Below, in pieces: positions 54,501 to 64,000 of a stretch of 64,000 nt of DNA. Made by a program: the position numbers and the translations under genes. This DNA is from Camelus dromedarius (Eukaryota), in assembly GCF_036321535.1 (NCBI RefSeq), contig NC_087436.1, positions 99,450,001-99,514,000 on the forward strand, given 5' to 3'. The first letter of the stretch is position 1. Each line of letters opens with the position of its first letter. Below the pieces are notes generated by a model. That model did no database searches and had not been told where the DNA came from. It saw nothing but the letters and a program-made list of their open reading frames with translations.

Positions 54501-57157
54501 TGAGGAAAGAACCCAGGAGCCCTACTGAACTTGTTCCTAGGCTCTGATTTAACCCCATGTTATGTATATGTTCCAAAAATCTTATCTAAAATGAAGAACG
54601 ATGTTCATGTATGTGGAACATAATCTTTGGCTTCTGAATCCATATTGGCAGTTGTTCTGAGTTGTTTTAAATATGATATCCTTTTATCAGAAAATTATTA
54701 CAGTGTATTACACTGATGGAGAATGTAGAAAAGCAGGAAATAAAAGCTATTTTCTTGATCCATCAGGTAACATATATAAGTTCTAACAAAAACAGGAAAT
54801 AAATCCCCTTGTTTTATTTTTTTAAGTGTCCCAAAGAGAAATTAGATATTGTCATTATTTTCTTGTGGTCAAACTTCTAAATATATAAAAACAAACAAAC
54901 CGAGCACTGTCCAGTTTGAAACAATATTATTCTTTCTATCCTAGTTTTACTAGGCTTGTTGTATACTTGATTGTGTTCTCCCCATACTTTTGTTTGTTCA
55001 TACAGTATTTTTGGCTTTTTTGTTTGTGCGTAATATTCTGGTATCTCTTTTAGCTCCCCTGGGAGTTTAGAAATTCTCTTTATGTTCATTATTGCTATTT
55101 TTGGTTGTTACATGATGATTATTATTGTTTTTAATCTTATTAGAATTCCCTTAGAGTCTAGTTGGCGACATTTTTAAATGGCTAAAGTTGTCATTGTAAT
55201 AAATAAAGTTATTATCATTATTATTATTACAGTATAAAAAGTGAGGTTATCAATATAATAATGAACAAGAGAAGGTAATCATTTTAGATAAACTTTTTTT
55301 AATAATTATAATTATTTTGCCTAATTTTTAGAACTATTAAAGCATTTCAAACCTGAATCTTACTTTGAAAGAGTTGAAAATCATAGAATTTTCAAGTTAC
55401 TGAAAACTTTATGGATTTGATAGTTTAAGCATCTTCTGTTATAGAGATAAAAAAATATGGGCCTTGTCTAGCTAAGAGACATAATCACCAATGTTTAGTT
55501 TACAAACTAAAAACTTGGTTTTTCAACCTAAATCTTTCCATAAAACTTGCTTTGATATGGCTACTGTTTCATGACACACTTAACAGCAATTATGCTAAAT
55601 TTCCACCCTTTTTTTGTGTCATAAGAATTTCAGATATCTTGAAAATAAGTGATTAATAACCTTTAAGAAGATAATTACAGAAATGGGAAGAGACTTTTTT
55701 AAAATCTTTTTGTTTTACATTCTTAGTCATATGAAAACGTTAGCACTGACTGAGGCAGTCCTTTTCCTTTCCTTTCTGATGGTTTAATAAACAGAATACT
55801 TATGTCTGATTCTTTTCCCTCTCTTTTCATTAGAAACAATAGTTTTTTACTAGTGAAAGGAAAACCAGATTTAACTGAACTAAAGCAAAAATGTTTTACA
55901 ACAGAGCCTGGTTGTCTACATCTTACATCATGACAATGAAAAGATGTAGGCTTTCTTTTACTTGCATATATTTGTTTATGAATAACTCCAGCCAAATATA
56001 TCTCTGATTATTAAGATGTTTTAATTATTTTAAAGTACTTTAAAGTAATTTCTTAGTGGGATAGGGAAGGGGAGAGAATTAAGTATCTGATTCATGAATT
56101 AAGACCTTTTAGATTGTAGACTTAAAAAGCTTGATATACTCTTGTGGCAGAGATACAATGTATTTAAATACAACTAACATGCTTAAAATTTCCTTTATTT
56201 AAAAATTCTAATATTATTTTATCACTCCTAATCCAATTGATGGAAAATAAATGGTGATATGCAGGATTGAAAAGTAAACTCTTTAATTCAAAGTATTTTA
56301 GTATCTTTCAATTTAAAACACTGTTATGTTTTTCACATCAGTCTTTGGGTGTATGCTTAGTCTTTCAGAATTTCTAACTTCTACCCTCCTTTCTTCCCAA
56401 TGTATAGATGTTTATGCAGGCAAGCGTACTTCCTCTGATTATAGACATGCAATTTCTCAGTAGCTGAAACTGACAAATATATGTCTATCTATCTGTCTGT
56501 CTATCTATCTATTTATCTATTAGTAGTAACATATATGCTATATATTCTATTTAAAAATAAATGTGGCTGGATATAATCAAGAGTTGATTAGAAAAGTAAA
56601 GATATAAAAGTGTGTTTTTCAATAAATAGAGTTCTAAAGGATATTTGGTCTAAATTAATTTCCAGAGTAATGACAGGTAGAGGTGGTTGGTACTGTGTGT
56701 TATGAGTCTAGGAGCAGTTGTAAATGAAAGGTAGAATTCATGTTGTACGTATGGTATGGATTGAATTAGGTTGAGCAGTGATTCCTACCAGGGGAAGAAA
56801 TTGAATTTTATTGTGTTAGAGGATGTGCATTGTTTCTTATGTCTCAAGCCTAGTAAGACTAGAATAGTGAAGAGGAAAAACAAGATGGTAGGTATTCTAT
56901 AATGAGAATTAAAAGTGTATGCACAGTATTATTCAGTGAAATAAAGACAGAACTGTTTGTGAGTAAAGGAGTAAGCTTTGAATAAAAAAGGCATCTTTGG
57001 TTTAACTGTGAGGAACTTGTTGGTTTTGCAAAAGATATTGTGTATTTCAACCTTATGATCAGGGTGACAAATGGTGACTTCAGAGAGGTAAATTTTTAGT
57101 CATTTCTTATTTTGCTATTGATTTCTTAATGATTCTTTGTTTATTAGAAAGGAGAAG

Positions 57158-57698
57158 TGAGTCAAAGATAAAGCCAGACACTAGCTAAAGTGGCAAGGCC
57201 AGATTTTAATCAGTAATATGCTATTGCAATAGGAAAAAAAAAAAAGTCTAAGGTGAACTAAATTCAACTTCAGTTTGTACAGAGGTGGCTGTGAGTTTTA
57301 AAGGGGGAATTATGGAATAGGCAGTGGGTGAACAGGGTTTCAATAGACTTAGGAAAGAGGAAAATTACAAAAAGTGGGAAAGAGGGGTTGTTCCATGTGT
57401 CACCCATGTGGATTTGTTAACTGGAGCTTATCAAGTTAGGTTCCTGCCCTTGCACAGAGACTGAGAGACAGGGGTCCTATCCTTGGTGTTGGCTAGAAAA
57501 AGCAGATTCTCTGAGCAGCCTTGAGTTTTCCCCAGCAGGCGCTTAGATGGAGCCTGGGATCATCTTAGGGATATAGCCTTGAGTTGTCAGAAACTATATT
57601 AGTCTTTTGTCCAAATTTTTATAGGCCAAGGCTGAACCTATCCAAAAAGTTCTCAGAAGATCCTTACTAGAAATTGGTCAAGGAAAGAATCTTTGTCA
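57158..57698 (-). mobile_element. ERV1 LTR, MER67/MER31-like
   Basis: Minus strand begins 'tgacaaagattctttccttgaccaatt'; related to 33240-34052. Confidence 0.65.
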
Positions 57699-57755
57699 GT
57701 GGGTTAATAAAAAGTCCTTGGTAGGACTTTATTAAGAATAGTGCCCAACTACCAA

Positions 57756-58607
57756 GGTGTTGGTAAATTTTATTTGTCAACTTGACAAAGCTGTGGTGCC
57801 CAGTTATTTGATCAAATACTGGTCTAGGTGTTTCTGTGAAGGTATTTTGTAGCTGAGTTTAACATTTACAACCTATTTAAGTAGATTACTTGTGATGATG
57901 TGAGTGGGCCTCATCCAGTCAGCTATGGCCTTCAGAACAAAGGCTGGTGCTTCTTGAAGAAGAAAGAATTCTGTAATTGAAATACTGCCTGAGTTTCCAG
58001 TCTCCTGATCTGCATACCTGCACTACAAATATTGGACTTGCCAGCCCCCACAATCACATGAGCCAATCCCTTAAAATAAATCTGTCTCAGAGTCTCACAG
58101 TCATTCATTCTCTCTCTGTCTCTGAATATATATAATCTGTTGGTTCTATTTCTCTGATATTAAAAGATAAACCTGAGGCATGTTAAAATTTTTGAGTTTA
58201 TTTGAGCAAAAATTGATTCAAATTGGGCAGCATCCAGTCTAGCCAGATAGAAAGGAGCTCCAAGGAGCTGTACCAAATGAAGGACTTTTACAGGTAGAAG
58301 TTACAGAAGTTATACTAGGCAAAACAAACAAACAAACAAACAACAGCCCCCCCCCACACACACACACACAACAGGTTGGTTATTACAAGGTTACTTTTCT
58401 TTAGGAGATGACAGGGGTCTATCAGGCAGATTACCTAGCTAGTGCTGATCAGGCAATCCCTGATTAACTGATTTAAGATTCCATTTCTGGGAGAGCCAAA
58501 ACTGTAATTAAGTTAAATCTCAGCTTAGTGACATGCAACTTACCATAAGTGACTCCATTTTGGGACTGTTGTCTTGTTTTTAACACTGGAGAACCCTGTC
58601 TAATAAA
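57756..58607 (+). mobile_element. ERVL LTR (MLT2-like), interrupted near its 3' end
   Basis: 5' end 'ggtaaattttatttgtcaacttgac'; 3' end 'ggttctatttctctg | gagaaccctgtctaata' split by an insertion. Confidence 0.8.
58158..58585 (-). mobile_element. ERV1-type solo LTR nested in the MLT2-like LTR
   Basis: Ends 'tattaaaa' ... 'ttttaaca'; 4-bp TSD ctga (58154-58157) / ctgg (58586-58589). Confidence 0.75.
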
Positions 58608-59520
58608 ACCCTGATTAATTGACTCAAGAAATTGACCAAAATTCTAATAAGAGCCAGCTTCTAGGTTTTCAGATCAGATGAATTAACGTGAACAATGAAA
58701 TGTCATTACGAATATATTCCATAATATCCTGCTGGCAACATACAAAGTATTAAGGGTCACTGACATGCTCAGTTCTTCGTACAGATTTCAATTCCACTTT
58801 CTATTAGTGCTAAAGGAGTGAGACTTTTAGATAGAGTAAGTTGTTTAATGTTAAAAAAGTTATCTTTCCGGAGAAAACTAAAACTGGTACAAAGACATAA
58901 AAAAGGAAGGGGAAAAAAACGTACCAATGCAAAACTGACTTCTTTGGATCCTCTTCAGTTTTGATCTGTTTTTTACTCTCACTGGGTTTCTGCTACTGTC
59001 TGCTTCCCTATTCTCCTCACTAGCACCACTAATGCTTCAGAAATGTCCTTTTCTATTTTTTAATATATTGGATATCATCCGAGATACCGCTGGGCTATTG
59101 CTTCTAAAGGACTTTGCAAAAATGTTGAGCTTTAAGACAAATATGCCATGCAAAACAATTTTATTTTAGGCTCTGAGACCAATCAAAATGGGGCATGAAC
59201 GGAGTGGATAATTTTTGGAGAGTAGTGTGCATTTACTTTACCCAAGAATGAAGAAAATATTTTCTCTAAGCTTGTTTGCTCTGTCATTTCCACAGCCTGA
59301 ATTTTTATATTTTTGTCAGTTTCATTTGTCATAAGAAAATATTCCACTATAGTATCCTCATATTATCAATTGGCCTTTTGAATAAAACAAATGAAGATAC
59401 TTGTTAAGTTGAAAAAAATGAAAGGCATTAAATGACTAGAAATATGCAGCTATTTTGTTTCCCTTAGTCTCAATATAAAAAATGTTATCCTGCCTCCCAA
59501 AAGACCCAATTGTAAGCTTT

Positions 59521-59845
59521 TGTTAAAAAACCATACAACAGGACCAAAAGGGAGTTACTTTTGCTAAATTCCGTATCACCAAACTTAAGACTTAATTACA
59601 GTTTTGTCTCTCTCAGAAATGGAATCTTAAACCAGTCAATCAGGAATTGCATAGTCAGAACTAGTTAGGTAATCCTCCTGATAGATCCTTGCCACACCCT
59701 AAAGGAAAATAACCTTATACTAATAATCAAGCAGCCTTTCTGTCTAGTATAATTTCCTTGTTCCTGCTCCCTTCTGCCTGCAAAAGTCTTTCATTTTGTA
59801 CAACTCCATGGAACTCCTTTTTTCTGCTAGATTGGTTGCTGTTTT
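59521..59845 (+). mobile_element. ERV1-type LTR of the same family as 58158-58585, 3'-truncated
   Basis: Shares 'acttaattacagttttg-ctctc-cagaaatggaatcttaaa-cagt-aatcagg' with the reverse complement of 58445-58515. Confidence 0.75.
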
Positions 59846-62800
59846 GAGGAAATAATGAATGTTGTCTTCTAAGTATTTCAAAAACCTGAATTCATGAAGC
59901 AAATCTGAAAACATTCAAATAGGATAGAAAAAGGCAGCCTTGTGCACAAACACACCCAAAGTCTCTGAATGCCAGTTGAGAATGAAGGTAGTCTTGCTGT
60001 GGTCAGGTAAGAGTTTTTTTTTTAAATACATATTATATCAGCTCTGTTTTATTTTTTACTAATGACAATCATTATATGAGCTTTTGCAATACTGTAAGAA
60101 CTGCGAAAATAGTGAGTTGGGGTGAATTTCATTAATTTTAAGGCAATATTAAACACTTAACAAGGCAGCAGATAAACATGTTTTGCCTAATGACATTCAG
60201 GCCCAGCATGTATCTTATTATACTGAAAAATGAGTTTCCTAAATCCAAAGATCCTGCTAGATTACAGCTAGTTTGGTGTAAAGTTAATTTTGAAAGTCAG
60301 CTTTAAGAATCCTGCTTGCTATGAAGTATGCTACCATGAAGACTTACCTTGATTAAGTGTTTTATTGAACTAAAGAATGTTACATTTGCAAGGATTCTTT
60401 GAGATCATCATGGATTCTCAAGATGAGAAGTCTGAAGCCTACTGTTGCTAGTTTCAGAAAATATTATATATTAATGTAAGTTCAGGCTTACAGGAAACTT
60501 GCAAAAATGGTACTCAAAAAATTCTATGTAATTTGCCTAACATTCAACACTCAGTGTTTCGAAGTTTCTCAATAATCAACCCCTGTTTTTATTTCTAGTA
60601 CTAAGGTCATTTCTCACAAAGTAACAATGAATGTCCTGCTTCTTACAAACATATGGTATTCATTAGCTGATCAATACAACAGCCTACCAATAAGTTGTTA
60701 TTGAATGCCTAAAATGCACCTCATTTTACTGATGAGAAAGCTGACATTCAGAAAATTGTGTCAAAAGGTTTAATAACATCATGTTGATGTAAAATCCAGG
60801 CCTGAACAGTGAATTCCTTTCCGTCAAGGATGATGTCCACTAAATCTTGCTGAGTTTTCACTGAGAGGTAAAATGACTTTTTGTTTAGTGTCTAGAGTTA
60901 GACTACTCTGAAATTGCTCCATGGGTTTCATTCATTTAAAGAATTTGAAATGCAGATAAACAGGGAAATACACGTACATTTGCTCCTTATATGTAGCACA
61001 TAAATGCTATGGTTTTCACTCAAAAAGAAGATAGATTTCATGAAAGGGGAATTCAACTAAACTTATACAAAAAATAAGACATAAATTAGAAAAATCCTCT
61101 CATGCAGAGAATTATAGGTTCATTTTGAAATTTTATATTTTGACATTTAGTTTTTGTAATTAAGAGAATATATAGAATATGATAACAGTACTAACACAGT
61201 ATCTGAATGTGCTATTTATTTTATGAAGTGTGTAATTTATCTCTTAGTCTCTGTGGTTAACTCTAGAATGTAGAAGTAACCAACTGACTGCATCACTATT
61301 GAAACTCCAGGAGATTTTCTACTTTAATATTTGAAGGGCATTTACAAGATAGGTAAGATTTAAATCAGGGATTTAAATCCCTGAGTTTAGTTTTTATTAG
61401 TGGAAGGACTCAGGTCAGCCACTGACAATTTTTCTCAATTAGGAAACACAATCAGGTATGCAAGTAATATGTACTGGAGCAAAAGTGCATCCTGCCCTGG
61501 TCATGCAAGCTTTAGTGACATTTTAAGTAGAAAGGTTGAAGGAATCAAGTCCATTTTGGAGTAATTTTGTAAGCTGGAGTAAGATCGATCCATTGTGTAA
61601 CAGGAAGCTTCTAGACTAAAGAACAAATAAAAGCAGTTTTTTTTTTTTTTAAGTGATGTAACACTACAAATCTATACCTTGGTCAAGAGAAAGACTGCAC
61701 TTAAAACTCCACTAAGACAATATTTCACCTGATTCTCTGCTGTGAGTATATGAGGGTGTGTGTGCACAAAAGAATTTCCTTGCAATTACAGAGAACTGGA
61801 GTAATCAGTTCCCTTTGTATACTTGCCCTCGTTCATTAGCCATGAAGAAGAATTATGCTTAGTTTTAGTGGACTGTGGCTCATTCCTTCCCTCTCACAAC
61901 ATATTTTTAAAAATACTGATTGTATGTGTGTGAGGCTGAAGTATCTGTGGTGAGTAGACCTTTTGGTCTCAAAAGAGCACTGTATCTTTTTCAGGTGACA
62001 CCCTTTCTCTCCAGAGTTAGGAGAACTAAGCAGGGACTCCAGGATGGCCAGCTTTTTCTAGAGAGAGATGTTCTGAAATTGTCAACTGGTTATTGGCAGA
62101 TGTTCCATCCATGTGAATCTACTTGCTTTTCACGTTATTTTCATTTACAGAATACAAGTAAATATTCACACTAGTAAGAAGTTTTTTTTTTTTTTTTTTT
62201 TGCTAGAGGAAAAATGTATTTAATAAATGTTCATCATAAAGGTCATTTTTTTTCATTTTCAATGAATAATGTAAGCAAGCAATGATTTGGCAGAACTGAA
62301 AAGCTTTCTGAAACCCATGGTCAGTGGAAAACTAAATGCTGCCCTGGGGCACGTTTTTATGAAAACAATTAACAAGAATTTTTCCCCCTGGAATTAGATT
62401 TTGCCATTTAATGAAAAATAATTCATGCAGATTCAATCAACCAAAATATAACAGTGTTTACATAGCTATTACCCTCAAAAGTGGTTTTAGACCTCGAACA
62501 GAAATATCTTGAGTCAGGAAAATTCGATTCCCCGGGGGAACGTTTTAGGAAAAGTAACTCTGAAAAGCTGAGTTAAAATCATCTTGGTTCATGAAGTGGA
62601 CTTTGATCATTAACTTGGAACCCTTATCACAAGGAAATCCAATATTCAAAGCAGTATTGGAGGAGAAGTGAAATGAAAGGGAAATAACACTACTCTGTTT
62701 GAAGTGGATTATCGGTTAGATTTTGGCACGTGCTGAAAACAGTCCTCACTCTGAACCTTTTCTTTCTTTCTTTTCCTCCCATGGGACTATTAGCAGTCAC

Positions 62801-63425
62801 ATTGTGGATGTATGTTTTCTAAATGATTGCCCCTAGTACCAAGTTATTTTCCTGGTGATGATTCAGATTAGGGAGGAAGCATGCTAACTCTTTTTAGCTA
62901 CTGGAGAATGTAGGTATAGGGCACATTATTACTGGAAGTTCCATAGGGATCTCAAAATCAATCTCTCCTCTCCCCCCCCCCTCCTTCCACCTCTTTCCCC
63001 TCCCCACCTCCATTTCATCCCCAAGCTCCACCGTTCATTCATGATAAATAGTTACATTTCAGAGATCTCTTTACGGGGGTGTTGGGTACCCAGTACCTCC
63101 TCTAAATATAAATAAATAAATCTAAATCTTTGCAGGAGTGAGTAGGTGGAAAGACTATGACAAACAGAGTTCAATTTTAGATATATCTACAAATTCTGTG
63201 ATTTCAATAATACTCTACTTTTGACTGTTTCCTTCTGTTTTAATGGAGAATAAGAATTATTTTCTGGTGCTTTTCTTAGACCTAATTGAAACAACATATA
63301 TGACTTGTTCAGCATAGGTTTCATAAAGCATAAACTCAATTCCTTTTTCCTTGACATAGTAAAGAGCCATGGAAAAATATCACTAACATTACCAGGTGTC
63401 AGAGTTCAAATATTTGTAATATGCA

Positions 63426-63432
<7 letters not shown>

Positions 63433-63463
<31 letters not shown>
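63433..63463. repeat. (GT)n microsatellite
   Basis: Perfect run. Confidence 0.95.
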
Positions 63464-63466
<3 letters not shown>

Positions 63467-64000
63467 GTGTATGTGTATCAGTAACGGATATTTACCTACA
63501 TTTTTTCATATTATGAAGATCATAATTTACATAATATAAATTTATCATTTTCATATGTTGATCTTTACTCTTTTCTTTTTTGTGCTATTTATTTGATTCC
63601 AAATCTGTAAGAATATAGCTTAAGATTCTCACACTGAGACGAATTAGCCTGCATGACACCATACTGTTCTATAGCTAACTCAATTTTGAGAAGTATTGTA
63701 ATAAAAATCAAAGGGTACGTGGAAAACTCCTTCTTATTTATATTTATGTAACTTTACAGTGTGCTGCTTTTTTCCTCAGGGTACAATAATTTTTGAAGTC
63801 ATTTTTTAAAAATTACAACTATTCATATTCTTTATAATTTGAACGTCTGTATCATGTTCTATATTCTGTGGTTGCTCACTGACACTTAATCATACCTCTG
63901 CCAATGATCTTTAGCAATTCTTATCTCTTTATATGTTTCCACATTTATAATGCTACGATTAGAAATAATCTCTTTCCCCTAAAAAGACATAAGTGTGGGA

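Noticed and set aside
1..64000. A novel multi-gene system, CRISPR array or RT-associated defence locus
   Set aside because: This is mammalian non-coding DNA. The only reverse transcriptase is a disrupted LINE-1 ORF2, and no regularly spaced repeat-spacer array is visible.

Overview
AT-rich, CpG-depleted mammalian genomic DNA, most likely deep intronic or intergenic. I find no intact host protein-coding gene, RNA gene, CRISPR array or prokaryotic-type system. The only ORF-track hits with real homology are decayed LINE-1 ORF2 fragments. The L1 3' UTRs are cetartiodactyl-type and resemble camelid L1s; with no Alu, B1/B2, CAN-SINE, PRE-1 or BovB/Bov-tA seen, a camelid origin is likely (inference). 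The window contains a young 5'-truncated L1 (22.56-25.77 kb) with a target-site duplication (TSD), older minus-strand L1s (26.6-30.0 and 42.2-44.6 kb), many ERV1/ERVL/MaLR solo LTRs (some nested), and L2, MIR and microsatellites. The most notable sequence-level observations are: a 0.5-kb L1 insertion carrying a TSD, a twin-priming micro-inversion and a probable 27-nt 3' transduction; in-frame ORF2p deletions in the young L1; a head-to-head pair of same-family LTRs; nested LTR stacks; and repeat-free, motif-dense blocks that could be enhancers or CTCF sites. Repeat family names come from recalled consensus similarity, not from a search.
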